A DNA stretch of 64,000 bases from Candidatus Kapaibacterium sp. (GCA_963664875.1 OY761611.1:2944001-3008000), one strand, 5' to 3'; positions 22,149-32,450 are shown, counted from the first letter of the stretch. The notes: generated by a model not told the origin, from the letters alone. Made by a program: numbers and translations.

Positions 22149-25100
22149 ATGAATTACACTCGTGAGCAACAGTTAGCTTTTACTGCAGACAGGCATCTTG
22201 TCATAAGTGCTAACGCAGGTTCGGGGAAGACAAGAATACTTGTAGATAGATTTATACAGATACTCGAAAAAGAAAATATTCCGGAAAGCCTGCAAGGGGA
22301 CACTTTAGCTCCCGAAAACATAATAGCTATAACATTTACTAAAAAAGCTGCAGGAGAGATGTTCGCAAGGATTAACAAAACTATCGGCGAGATGATAAAA
22401 CAGGAAAAAAATCCGAACAAAAGCTATCTCCTCCGCGAGTTACGTTCAAAAATATTTCAGGCAAAGGTATCGACTATTCATAGCTTTTGTGAAAAGCTTT
22501 TGCGTGACTATGCGGTGGAAGCTGATGTCTCTCCAAATTTTCAGATACTTTCCGAAACTGACCGTTACTTTATATACAAAGATGCAAGAATTAATGCTAT
22601 AGAATCTGTTTTGTCGCAGGTTAGCAATGTAGAAGCTCTATATTTTAAAATGTTTTTGCTTCGAAATTCTTTTAATAAGATAGAAAATATTACCGATGTG
22701 CTTTTCAGTAATTTATATGAGTACAACAAAATCGCTGACAAATTTAGATCAGAAGATTATAACCCTTTAAAAGATCCGGAGAATACTCCGTATATAGTTT
22801 CTATACTCAAAAAGTATGCTAAAGGGTATGAATGCTTTTATACACAGCTTGAAGCACTTTCTGAAAATCTTGAGATTCAAGATAAGGAGCGTGAACGCGT
22901 AAAGGAATTGAAAGGTATTTGCTCTGACATTACTAATATATTGAAAAATTTTGAATCTGCTCCTATAGAGACTATTTCTGAATTGATAGATTTGGTGGAG
23001 TTCACTTCAAAGATTGGTCGTAGCAATGTGCTGACTTTTATCTTAAAAAACAGTGTACTGTCTGTCGAAGAGATTGAAATTCTTGAAGCTATTCATTATC
23101 TATCTGTGAAGAACTCACACCTATTTGAAAATACAGAAGCAATTTTGAAATTTAGGAATATTCAGAGAGCTATACATTACTTTGCCGATGAACTAATCAA
23201 TCAAATAAATCAGGAAAAGGCAGAAAAAGCAGTTTTTGATTTTGACGATTTGATGCTCAAAGTAAAAAGCATGCTTAATGATGATGAATTGAGAAAAATA
23301 ATGCTTGGCAATACCACACATATCATGGTTGATGAATTTCAGGATACGAACCAGCTACAATATGATATAATTTCTGATTTACTGCCGGAACTAAAGGGGG
23401 AGGAAGATTCCTCAAGTTTTGACAGAAAACTATTTATAGTAGGTGACGGCAAGCAGAGCATTTACGCGTTTAGAAATGCTGACATCAGGGTATTTAAAAA
23501 AGCTGCTGAGACTATAGCTTCAATAAACTCAAAAAAGATGGCTGAAGGCAAGCTTTCTAAAGATATGATCAATTTCATCGGAGAGAGACCTGAATGGAAA
23601 GATAAAGAGAATAACGGCAATCTCTCTCTTACCGCTTCATTTAGATTGTCGCCGGTAGTAGCTGCTTTTGTAAATAAGATTTGTGGTGGTATCATGGATA
23701 CCGGCATTTCAGATTTTGAAGTTGATTATGAAGACCTTGTTTTTGGCAAAAACAGCACCGCGATTAAACAAGAGATACTTTCTCAATATCCTCACTATAA
23801 ATTTGATGAGCCAAATCAGATTTTCCAAGCTGACAGTACCGGACATGGCTCAGTCAATTTCATCATACATAAAGAAGAAATTGAAGAAAAAGAAGATGAT
23901 ACAGACGAAGTGACTGATAATAAGACGAATCCGTATAAATCAGAAGCAGAGAAGCTGATAAAGTATATCAAATCAAGAGTGGAAGGAGATAATCCTTATC
24001 AGATATTTGAGGACAATACTTACAGGCCTGCAAAGTACAAAGATGTTGGAATCCTTTTTAGGTCAAGGTCAAAAACAAGTGAGTTAGTCAATGCCTGTAT
24101 CGAAAATCAAGTACCATTTGTATTGCATTCCGGTTCGGGATTGTATAAAATGCAAGAGGTTCAAGACATGATTGCATTGCTCAAATTCCTTTATGATCCT
24201 AATGATGATATTTCATGTATTGGAGTTTTGCGATCTCCATTTTTTGAAATACAAGACAATGAATTGTATAACATTTCGCAAGCTGCTAAAGGCACTCCTG
24301 CTATATCTTTTTATCAAAAATGTAAATTGTTTGCTGAGAACCCATTGCAGACAGAAGAATTCAAAGAAACACTTGAATATTTGGAAGACGTTTTGTCCGT
24401 TTCGGGCAGACTTTCTCCGTCTGAATTAGTAAATAGGCTAATTATTGAGAGGAAGTACTTCGAGAAGATTGGAAATGATAAAGCTATAGCACAAATAAAA
24501 GCATCAATCAATAAATTTAAAGCAACCTTGTATGATTTTGAAGAGCAAGGCTATAAAGATATATTTGATCTAATGCAACAGATGAATACCATGATGAAGC
24601 GCGGAAAGGAAGGGGAAGCATCTGTAAGCTCGAAAGATGCAATTAATTTGATGACTATCCATAGCTCTAAAGGTTTGGAGTTCCCAATAGTTGCTCTCTA
24701 CGGTGCAAATAATAGTTCCGGGCATAACAGCTCAGTCTATTTCTCCCAGCAATTTGGTATCACCTTCAACGATAAACGCAAAGATGATGAAACAAATATG
24801 CTGGTAGAAGAGCCAAACCTCATACATTTTCTGAATAAAGAGATGTACAAGCAAGCTGAAGCAGCTGAAGAAAAAAGGTTACTTTATGTAGCTTTGACAA
24901 GAGCTAAAGATCATCTGATAGTCTCTGCAAATGTTTCAGTCAGTAAAAAACAAGAAGTATCTCTTCGATCCTTTTTTAAGAGTATAATCAACGTACTTTT
25001 ACGTGCACCCGGTGGGGTGGCTAAGGAGGCATATCATAGGCGCTTTTATATTGATGCCATTGAAGAATTTAAAATTGAGAAACAGCAAATTTCATTTTTA

Positions 25101-25985
25101 GAATCTAACGAGCTGCATAATATCTTGCTTGGCTACAATGTCAAATGTATTTATGAGGTAGATAGTCCTCAAAATAATTTTCAGAATCTGCAACAAAATC
25201 AAGATAAATCGAAGTTTATAGATGCAGAATGGGTTCCTGCAAGATTCCATAATGAAGTTTTTTCAGCTTCAAAAATCATGGCGTTTAAGACTGACAGAAA
25301 CGACTACGAGATTAAATATATCGTTGGGCTGAATACTCAACTCAATAAGAAGCAGAGGGCAGAGAATGAGAACCGGAGCGAGGACGAACTACGTGGGAAT
25401 GTACTTGGAACTTATATCCACGAAGCAATGTCATTGCTAAATGCATGGTGGAAAGATGGCGGAGTAGATGAGGAAGAACTCAAACAAATCATCGCGGTAA
25501 TGCTTAGACGAAGAAATAGTTACCAGGAAAGTTATCTGCAGCAGGTCTATGATGCATGCCTTGCCATTGTTAGCACAGATTATATCCGAAAAAACAGAGA
25601 AAAACTTGCAAGTGCTGTTTTTGAACTTGAGCTAAATATCCCATTAGAAATACACTACCTTACCGGAAGTATAGACGTTTTGGTAGAAGAGGAGGGAGGA
25701 GAGTCAGTAATTTGGGATTGGAAAACAAATCACGTAAATGACTATGCTGACTTGGAAGAATTGGCTTCGCATTATAAACATCAGATGGCAATATATGCAT
25801 ATCTGATTTATCTAAAGAATCGCAATCAGACTAATTATAAAGCAAGACTGCTATTTACTGATTATGCTAACAAATGCCGGGGAGATGAATGGGTCTATTC
25901 TTTTGAGTGGTCCAATGAAGAAATGCAGAATTTAGGGATAGATCTGGAAGAGACGGTCGCTGAGCTAAGTAGAAGATACTATTGA
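22149..25985 (+). CDS. addA: AddA/RecB-like UvrD helicase with C-terminal PD-(D/E)xK nuclease (start moved to ATG 22149)
   Basis: ANAGSGKT, ITFTKKAA, STIHSF, VDEFQDTN, VGDGKQSIYAFR, MTIHSSKGLEF, YVALTRA; nuclease GSID...DWKT...QMAIY. Confidence 0.88.
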   Translation: MNYTREQQLAFTADRHLVISANAGSGKTRILVDRFIQILEKENIPESLQGDTLAPENIIAITFTKKAAGEMFARINKTIGEMIKQEKNPNKSYLLRELRSKIFQAKVSTIHSFCEKLLRDYAVEADVSPNFQILSETDRYFIYKDARINAIESVLSQVSNVEALYFKMFLLRNSFNKIENITDVLFSNLYEYNKIADKFRSEDYNPLKDPENTPYIVSILKKYAKGYECFYTQLEALSENLEIQDKERERVKELKGICSDITNILKNFESAPIETISELIDLVEFTSKIGRSNVLTFILKNSVLSVEEIEILEAIHYLSVKNSHLFENTEAILKFRNIQRAIHYFADELINQINQEKAEKAVFDFDDLMLKVKSMLNDDELRKIMLGNTTHIMVDEFQDTNQLQYDIISDLLPELKGEEDSSSFDRKLFIVGDGKQSIYAFRNADIRVFKKAAETIASINSKKMAEGKLSKDMINFIGERPEWKDKENNGNLSLTASFRLSPVVAAFVNKICGGIMDTGISDFEVDYEDLVFGKNSTAIKQEILSQYPHYKFDEPNQIFQADSTGHGSVNFIIHKEEIEEKEDDTDEVTDNKTNPYKSEAEKLIKYIKSRVEGDNPYQIFEDNTYRPAKYKDVGILFRSRSKTSELVNACIENQVPFVLHSGSGLYKMQEVQDMIALLKFLYDPNDDISCIGVLRSPFFEIQDNELYNISQAAKGTPAISFYQKCKLFAENPLQTEEFKETLEYLEDVLSVSGRLSPSELVNRLIIERKYFEKIGNDKAIAQIKASINKFKATLYDFEEQGYKDIFDLMQQMNTMMKRGKEGEASVSSKDAINLMTIHSSKGLEFPIVALYGANNSSGHNSSVYFSQQFGITFNDKRKDDETNMLVEEPNLIHFLNKEMYKQAEAAEEKRLLYVALTRAKDHLIVSANVSVSKKQEVSLRSFFKSIINVLLRAPGGVAKEAYHRRFYIDAIEEFKIEKQQISFLESNELHNILLGYNVKCIYEVDSPQNNFQNLQQNQDKSKFIDAEWVPARFHNEVFSASKIMAFKTDRNDYEIKYIVGLNTQLNKKQRAENENRSEDELRGNVLGTYIHEAMSLLNAWWKDGGVDEEELKQIIAVMLRRRNSYQESYLQQVYDACLAIVSTDYIRKNREKLASAVFELELNIPLEIHYLTGSIDVLVEEEGGESVIWDWKTNHVNDYADLEELASHYKHQMAIYAYLIYLKNRNQTNYKARLLFTDYANKCRGDEWVYSFEWSNEEMQNLGIDLEETVAELSRRYY

Positions 25986-26026
25986 TACTTTCTATTATGT
26001 GATTGTATCGAAAGACGCAAATCGGA

Positions 26027-26042
26027 TGGCAATGATATTGCT
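26027..26042 (+). promoter_or_regulatory. Putative sigma54 (-24/-12) promoter
   Basis: TGGCAATGATATTGCT fits TGGCAC-N5-TTGCW with GG-N10-GC spacing. Confidence 0.5.
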
Positions 26043-26123
26043 GATAACAATGCTTTATGAGAATAAGAAAGTTGAATTTTAAAATTCGGCAGATTACAAG
26101 CACTAATAATCGAAGAATCAAAT

Positions 26124-26157
26124 TAAAAAGAGCATCTCAATAGGAATGCTCTTTTTA
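26124..26157 (+). terminator. Intrinsic terminator
   Basis: TAAAAAGAGCAT-N10-ATGCTCTTTTTA inverted repeat. Confidence 0.75.
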
Positions 26158-26251
26158 GTTAGCATGAGTCAGATTTTTGATCTTCTTTCTAACTTATATT
26201 TTACTAAACCGCTTGAAAAGCATATATTTGAAAAAACAATGAGAGGTAGAT

Positions 26252-26722
26252 ATGGTTGGTTTTGGATACGATGTTCATAAACTTGCTGAGGGAGAAAGTT
26301 TAATACTCGGCGGTATCAATATAGAAAGTAAAATTGGCACAGTAGCACACTCAGACGGTGATGTACTTTTGCATTCCATAATGGATGCGATTCTCGGTGC
26401 TTGCGGAATGGGAGACATAGGAGAACATTTTCCTGATACAGATCCTAAATACAAAAGTGCAGATAGTACTAAGTTATTTGAAGAAGTTATGGCTATACTC
26501 GACAATGAAGGCTACCGCTTAGTTAACATAGATGCTACAATCGTTTTAGAAAAGCCTAAACTGTTACCCTATAAAGAGCAAATCAGGGAATCGGTGGCAA
26601 AACTATGCAAGCTTCCTGCTAAACGAGTAAATATAAAAGCAACAACCAATGAAAAGATGGGATTCCTTGGTAGGCAAGAGGGAATAGGTGTGCATGCTGT
26701 TTGTTTGATAAAAGAGAAGTAG
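26252..26722 (+). CDS. ispF: 2-C-methyl-D-erythritol 2,4-cyclodiphosphate synthase
   Basis: GFGYDVH, HSDGDV, DIGEHFPD, KATTNEKMG. Confidence 0.97.
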   Translation: MVGFGYDVHKLAEGESLILGGINIESKIGTVAHSDGDVLLHSIMDAILGACGMGDIGEHFPDTDPKYKSADSTKLFEEVMAILDNEGYRLVNIDATIVLEKPKLLPYKEQIRESVAKLCKLPAKRVNIKATTNEKMGFLGRQEGIGVHAVCLIKEK

Positions 26723-26771
26723 CGAGTAATTATTTCTAAATAGAAGCTTTTAATCAAGCGTACAAACAAAT

Positions 26772-28997
26772 ATGTGTTATTCGAACTCTATGAACTCAAT
26801 GAAACTAATACTCATTATCACAATATTACTTAGCTCTCTAAGCTATTTATATTCCGGCGAAATATACCCGAAACGCCCGGAGGAGCTTGCTCATTTTGAA
26901 AAAGGATATTTTATAGGGCTTAATTCGCGTAGTGACAGTGTTATTTTTGAAAAAGGATGGGCATTTGAGCAAGATCAATTCCTTGTCAAAAGTGGAGGAA
27001 GTCAGCAAATTATTCCTTTAAAAAATGAAAAAGTTTTGGATATTGTAGTGCTCGAATCACATATTGCTTTGCTGACTGATATTCTGGGCGATTGTTATTT
27101 GTCGTTATATGATTATAATTTGCAACAGGTTCATAATATTAGAACGAGCTACACTCCGAATCCAAATCTCAGATTGATTCGGCAGGATAAGAATATCATC
27201 CTTCAAGACAGAAACACCAGTCAGGTATTTGTGATAAACAAAGGCAAGCTTGTAAAAAAGAGAACTATAAATGGCTGTTGCAGTATTTTGAGCTATAAAG
27301 ATTACTATATTGCCTTTTTTAAAAACAATCGCTATGCTGAGGTCGTAATTGTTAATGATTCCGGAGGAGTGCTTCATTCTGAGCATCTCCCGACATATAA
27401 GCATCAGAGATTGATAAAAACAGATTCTTTAGTATTCCTATTGGGCTCATTTGGCTATGAGACGGACATATATTGTTTTACGATGAAAGATTTGATGCCT
27501 GTCAAAAGAGTCAATGTTCCTGCCGATATCAACAATATAAATATTTTGCCGAACCAAAATGATATAAGAATCAGATATACCCAAACCTCCAAGACCCATA
27601 CATCTTTGATTGCTCAAAACTTTTTCCATGAAGATGATTATGAAATTTACGATTTGGATAAATATTTCTACAAATTGCTGAGTTCTCACACTCTGGATGA
27701 TAAGAGCATTTGGCTATTTGCAAACGGTATATTGCTTGCTGATTATGATTCGGGGATTTTATCTGCCTACGAATACAGCTGCGAAGACTGGGTAAATTCA
27801 AAATCGGAAATTTCTCTCGTGAATAATGTTCTTACAATCAGAGGGGAAGCAGGCAGCAGCATATTTGAGCTTAACGATAATAACTGGTGGTTTTGGAACA
27901 GCATACAATATAAGTACGGGAATGCTATACTGATTTCAGTAGTTGCATTTGCGTTTTTGATAGTTCTGAGGTTTGCAAGGAATCAGAAAAAACTGTTAAA
28001 AACTGTGATAGACCTCCCCGGAGCAGGTGTGATTTTAGTTATAGACAAATACTCCAGACTTATCAATCTCAATTCGCCGGCTGCGGAATTGCTTTCTATA
28101 AAGGCTGGTGTACCTTTAAAAAAACTATACACATCTTACTTTGCAGATGAGGGTTTAAAGATACTTACAGGGATTATAGATTTTGCTGTGAGCAAACGTG
28201 AAAACCTGACCCGTAAAGTCAATTTGCTGATAGGCAACGACACTAAGGAATGGCTTTGCACAGTAAAAGTGATGACAAATATAGCCGGCAAATTTACCGG
28301 TGTAGTATTCACAGGTATCGACATCACAGAGCAGTTAGAAAAGAAAAGGCTGACGAATTGGGCACAACTTGCTCATGATATGCAGACTAATTTGTCAACT
28401 ATAAAACTAAATGCAGAGCATTTACAGACAGAAGAAGACCCGAATAATCATTCTCGGAAAAAGAAAATTATACATCAGGTAAATCTTCTAATGTCGAGAG
28501 TTAGAGATATAGTAACGGTAGGTAGAAGCGACAAACTAAATACTGTACCTGTTAATTCATCAGATATATGTATTGAAGCAAGGAATGAATTTGACGATAC
28601 TGTTTTTCCTGATGTTAGCTTTGATTTCAATGTTACTCCATTTATGCTTAATTGTGACAAACCTAAACTAATCAGAGCTGTAAGGAATGCCATTGAAAAT
28701 GCCATCAAAGCAATGCCGGATAGGAAAGGCAATATCAAAATCAGCTGCGATAAAGATTCGCGTCATGCATATTTCCGAGTCAAAGATGATGGGCCGGGTA
28801 TGACAAAATCGACTTTAGAGAAAATCATCAAACCATACTTCACAACTGCCGAAAAAACTGGCGGTATGGGTATGGGGACAATGATAATGCAGCATGTTGC
28901 GGAAATGCACGGAGGAAGCGTTAAGTTTAATTCTGAACCAGGCAAAGGGACAGAAGTTATTTTTATAATACCGATAAGGAACAGAGGCGAAGAATAA
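26772..28997 (+). CDS. Sensor histidine kinase with large extracytoplasmic domain, TM, PAS-like and HATPase domains
   Basis: Signal-like N-terminus; LAHDMQTNL H-box, NAIENAIKA, DDGPG, PYFTT, GMGMG. Confidence 0.82.
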   Translation: MCYSNSMNSMKLILIITILLSSLSYLYSGEIYPKRPEELAHFEKGYFIGLNSRSDSVIFEKGWAFEQDQFLVKSGGSQQIIPLKNEKVLDIVVLESHIALLTDILGDCYLSLYDYNLQQVHNIRTSYTPNPNLRLIRQDKNIILQDRNTSQVFVINKGKLVKKRTINGCCSILSYKDYYIAFFKNNRYAEVVIVNDSGGVLHSEHLPTYKHQRLIKTDSLVFLLGSFGYETDIYCFTMKDLMPVKRVNVPADINNINILPNQNDIRIRYTQTSKTHTSLIAQNFFHEDDYEIYDLDKYFYKLLSSHTLDDKSIWLFANGILLADYDSGILSAYEYSCEDWVNSKSEISLVNNVLTIRGEAGSSIFELNDNNWWFWNSIQYKYGNAILISVVAFAFLIVLRFARNQKKLLKTVIDLPGAGVILVIDKYSRLINLNSPAAELLSIKAGVPLKKLYTSYFADEGLKILTGIIDFAVSKRENLTRKVNLLIGNDTKEWLCTVKVMTNIAGKFTGVVFTGIDITEQLEKKRLTNWAQLAHDMQTNLSTIKLNAEHLQTEEDPNNHSRKKKIIHQVNLLMSRVRDIVTVGRSDKLNTVPVNSSDICIEARNEFDDTVFPDVSFDFNVTPFMLNCDKPKLIRAVRNAIENAIKAMPDRKGNIKISCDKDSRHAYFRVKDDGPGMTKSTLEKIIKPYFTTAEKTGGMGMGTMIMQHVAEMHGGSVKFNSEPGKGTEVIFIIPIRNRGEE

Positions 28998-29461
28998 TGA
29001 GCAATAAAATTGATATAAATACTTTGAAAGGTAAAAGATTAGCTGCTGTTGATTTCGGAATGAAAAGACTTGGTCTTGCTGTTTGTGACCAATTTCATGT
29101 AACTATTTCACCCCGCGATGTGTATGATTATAGTAGCAAAGAATTTTGGGACAAATTTGTTGCAGATTTGAACTCTGAGGAGCTTGCTGCTGTTATAGTA
29201 GGCGTGCCCAAAAGATTAGATGGCGAAAAAACTAAAGTAATTGTAGAAATCGAAAAGTTTATTGAACTTTTGAGGAAGAAAACACAATTACAGATAATAG
29301 AACACGACGAATCTTTCACTTCGCAAAGGGCAGTGGAAACTATGGTTACTATCGGCAAAAAGAAAAATAAGCGAAGTCAAAAGGGAGAAACAGACAAGGT
29401 GGCTGCTGCTATTATTCTAAGGGACTTTTTAAATGAATACGAGGGCGGATTTTATGTATAG
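28997..29461 (+). CDS. ruvX: YqgF/RuvX family RNase H-fold nuclease
   Basis: AVDFGMKRLGLAVCD, VGVP, DESFTS, DKVAAAIIL. Confidence 0.92.
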   Translation: MSNKIDINTLKGKRLAAVDFGMKRLGLAVCDQFHVTISPRDVYDYSSKEFWDKFVADLNSEELAAVIVGVPKRLDGEKTKVIVEIEKFIELLRKKTQLQIIEHDESFTSQRAVETMVTIGKKKNKRSQKGETDKVAAAIILRDFLNEYEGGFYV

Positions 29462-30827
29462 ATTTATATTTTCTTTTATCCTGTTTGCTTTGGTTGCAAA
29501 TGCGGCAAAGAGTAATACTTTTGACCGTAGCCAGTACTATTCTTATGGAGTGAAATTTTATGCAGAAGCACATGCTTTCCCTTCTGAATATGCTGATTCG
29601 CTCGATGTAGGAGTTTTCTTTAAGCTAATGCATGAAGTCGTAGCCTTTAATAAAGAGCAAAATACTAAAGATACATACTTTGCAGTACCCACGCTTGAGA
29701 TAACGTGCAAAGATCAAGACGGCATCATAAGAAAAAGGCACCTTTGGCAAGATACAGTTAAAGTAAAAGGATATGACCTGACAGTATCAAAAACTGATTT
29801 TATACACGGAGCCAGCTTTTTTAGGTTGAAAGCAGGTGAGTTTAAAATCAATATAAAAGTTGATGCCGATTTTATCAAACAGGCTATGAGCAAGGATATA
29901 GAATTTGACGTAAATCACTCATTTTATGAAAAACCTACTTACTCAAAGCCGATATTTGCTAAGCCCGAAAGCGACAGAGTTATTCCCTTTATTGCCGGCA
30001 ATAATGCATCGTTTGAGTTTAACGGAGCTACAGTCTATATCCCGCTTTCCTACAAAGTAGATGACAATAAGCCCTACTATTTCAAATGCGAAAGTCTTGA
30101 ACGAAATTTGACAAGAACCAATTGGATGGAAAATGTCAATTTTTCCGGGCAGGCAGCCTTACTAAAAAATCAGAGCATAGATTATCCCGTTAATCAAGAT
30201 TTATTTGTAAAAGATTTTCCGCTGAAAGCAATCAGCAATCCACAGGGAGTTGATACAGGAATCGAGGCAGGTTTGCTGCGTCTCGAGCTTCCGGGAAAGG
30301 AACTTTATCCGGGATATTACAAACTTACAGTCAGTAAAGAGGGCTCTCAGGACACTTTGTACCACGAATTTAAAGTAACTTGGGAAAAAGAGCCTTTATC
30401 TCTCAAAGATGTTGATTATGCAGTAAAATCAATGAAATCTATTCTGACAGACGAAGAGTTTGACAATTTAGATTCCGGAAAAGATCAGGATAAATGGCTG
30501 AAATTGCTTACCTATTGGAAAAAGAACGACCCAACTCCGCAAACGCCATATAACGAAGCAATGACTGTATTTTTTGAAAGGGTGGATTATGCATTCTTTA
30601 ATTATTCTACAGTGACAGATAACGATGGTTCGCTCACTGACAGAGGCTTGGTCTATATACTCAACGGTGCTGCAGACAGGGTGGATGACAGTTTAAACGA
30701 AAGTAATAAAGTAGAAATATGGACATACACCAGATTGGGTAAGGTCTATACTTTTGAGACTGTTTCTTTGGGCGATTTCAAACTGAAAAGCATTACAGAT
30801 TTGCAGGGCAATAAGCTAACAGACTAA
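29454..30827 (+). CDS. Exported GWxTD-domain-like protein
   Basis: Signal peptide; YWKKNDPTPQTPYNE...FERVDYA...GSLTDRGLVYILNG...EIWTY. Confidence 0.8.
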   Translation: MYRFIFSFILFALVANAAKSNTFDRSQYYSYGVKFYAEAHAFPSEYADSLDVGVFFKLMHEVVAFNKEQNTKDTYFAVPTLEITCKDQDGIIRKRHLWQDTVKVKGYDLTVSKTDFIHGASFFRLKAGEFKINIKVDADFIKQAMSKDIEFDVNHSFYEKPTYSKPIFAKPESDRVIPFIAGNNASFEFNGATVYIPLSYKVDDNKPYYFKCESLERNLTRTNWMENVNFSGQAALLKNQSIDYPVNQDLFVKDFPLKAISNPQGVDTGIEAGLLRLELPGKELYPGYYKLTVSKEGSQDTLYHEFKVTWEKEPLSLKDVDYAVKSMKSILTDEEFDNLDSGKDQDKWLKLLTYWKKNDPTPQTPYNEAMTVFFERVDYAFFNYSTVTDNDGSLTDRGLVYILNGAADRVDDSLNESNKVEIWTYTRLGKVYTFETVSLGDFKLKSITDLQGNKLTD

Positions 30828-30939
30828 AGCATGTTTTGTATATGTACTTTGAGGTAAAAAGATACTTATAAGCCGGAAATTCCTTTGAAAATTTTGGAAG
30901 ATGTAATAAAAGTTTTAGCAAACACAAGCTCAATAGTGC

Positions 30940-30966
30940 TAAAGTTTTATCTCTTATTGACGAAAA
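30940..30966 (+). promoter_or_regulatory. Putative sigma28 (FliA-type) promoter
   Basis: TAAAGTTT-N11-GACGAAAA versus consensus TAAAGTTT-N11-GCCGATAA. Confidence 0.45.
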
Positions 30967-31030
30967 TAAGAGTAAAGGGATTAAGGCAAAACAGGGAAGT
31001 TCTTTTTTGCCACATATTGTCAATACAGAG

Positions 31031-31921
31031 ATGAAAACAGATGTCAAAAATATAATCGCGAACAGTGTTATCGTACCGCTCCAAAGGAATGGAAATGCGG
31101 GAGTTCGCTTTATGGAAGATGCCTCTGAAATAAATACTAAGACATCTGTTGCTACTGAAATGGCAAATCACATCGAAATCAAAGCACGAGAGACTAAAGA
31201 GAAATCTTCTCAGGAGTCTCTCGGCTTAAATACTTTACAGCATGCCGAAGACATTAACTCAACCAATAATAAATTTGGAGCTGAGTTCGAATTCAAGAAA
31301 CTTAAAGAGCTCGAAACTGTTGTCAATAAAGTAATGGAAAAAGCTCAAGAGCTATTGGAAAAGAAAAGTAAACTTTGGTTCCCTGCCTCTTTAGAGTCCA
31401 AATTTGATTTTGACTATAAACGCCAGATTGTGGAGTTCGAATCGCAGAGTATGATGTTTTCTGCTTCAGGTACTTTGACTAATGAAGGTGGCAATCAGGT
31501 GAAATTCCAGATTGGCTTTGCCATTAGCCGCGAGTTCTATTCAGAAATATCTACGATGGGTGGATTTGTAAATAATAATGACAGACTTGCTCTAAGCTTC
31601 AATGAAAAATCTTCTCAGTTGACAGATTTAATCTTTTCTTTTGACATTTCTAAGACACAGCCGGAAGAATCAATTGGTAATGGTTTCCTAATTGTGGACA
31701 GATCCGATGATCTTAGTGGTAGCAATAATATTAAAGATAGTGGCAATGCACATAAAGGCAAACTATTTGGCAAAGACAAATCTCAAGCTTATTTAGAAGT
31801 AGAAGCGAAAGCAGGTGAATTGATGAGTCTGATTGGTCTTAAACGCATTAATGAAAGTAAACAAAATGGAGCAAATAATAATGCTACAGAAGAATTGAAG
31901 CATATTGACTTTACTGTTTAA
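31031..31921 (+). CDS. Hypothetical protein (ATG 31031; alternative TTG 31007)
   Basis: About 300-aa open frame; FSASGTL...SREF...LTDLIFSFD...GNGFLIVDR segment. Confidence 0.65.
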   Translation: MKTDVKNIIANSVIVPLQRNGNAGVRFMEDASEINTKTSVATEMANHIEIKARETKEKSSQESLGLNTLQHAEDINSTNNKFGAEFEFKKLKELETVVNKVMEKAQELLEKKSKLWFPASLESKFDFDYKRQIVEFESQSMMFSASGTLTNEGGNQVKFQIGFAISREFYSEISTMGGFVNNNDRLALSFNEKSSQLTDLIFSFDISKTQPEESIGNGFLIVDRSDDLSGSNNIKDSGNAHKGKLFGKDKSQAYLEVEAKAGELMSLIGLKRINESKQNGANNNATEELKHIDFTV

Positions 31922-32444
31922 CTCTTCCAAATCCTGCTATACGTCGGCTAAGATAAAGATTGTCCAAATCCTGAATAATTACTCCCTGGCTGGTAGAAGC
32001 ATGTATGATTAAGTTATCGCCAACAAAAATACCAACATGATTAATGTGTGCTCCTGACTTGAAAAAAACAAGATCTCCTGCAATTAGTGAGGAGCGTGCT
32101 ATTCTTTGTACAAAATCCCATTGCTGAGCCGCAGTCCTTGGTAAATCTATACCACAGCTGCTAAATACACTTTGCACAAAGCCGGAACAGTCCGCACCGG
32201 ATTTGGATTCGCCACCATACTTATAAGGTGTGCCGAGCCAAAGTTTTGCGTTTTTGACAATACAGTTTGTTTCTTCAATGTCAGAAGGCTTGACAGTTTT
32301 GCGGTCTTTTTTTTGACTATGTGATGTTTTTTTGACAGTATTATGTCTGACATCAGATGCAAAACGCACGGAAGAGGTGCAACTAAAAAGAAATAATGAT
32401 GCACAAAGAGTAATAGTGATATATAAAGCACCTGTAGGCTTCAT
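31911..32444 (-). CDS. NlpC/P60 (C40) peptidoglycan peptidase, lipoprotein
   Basis: Lipobox LFSC; LGTPYKYGG, DCSGFV, LPRTA, GDLVFF, HVGI, IHAS. Confidence 0.93.
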   Translation of the reverse strand: MKPTGALYITITLCASLFLFSCTSSVRFASDVRHNTVKKTSHSQKKDRKTVKPSDIEETNCIVKNAKLWLGTPYKYGGESKSGADCSGFVQSVFSSCGIDLPRTAAQQWDFVQRIARSSLIAGDLVFFKSGAHINHVGIFVGDNLIIHASTSQGVIIQDLDNLYLSRRIAGFGRVKQ

Positions 32445-32450
32445 ATATCA

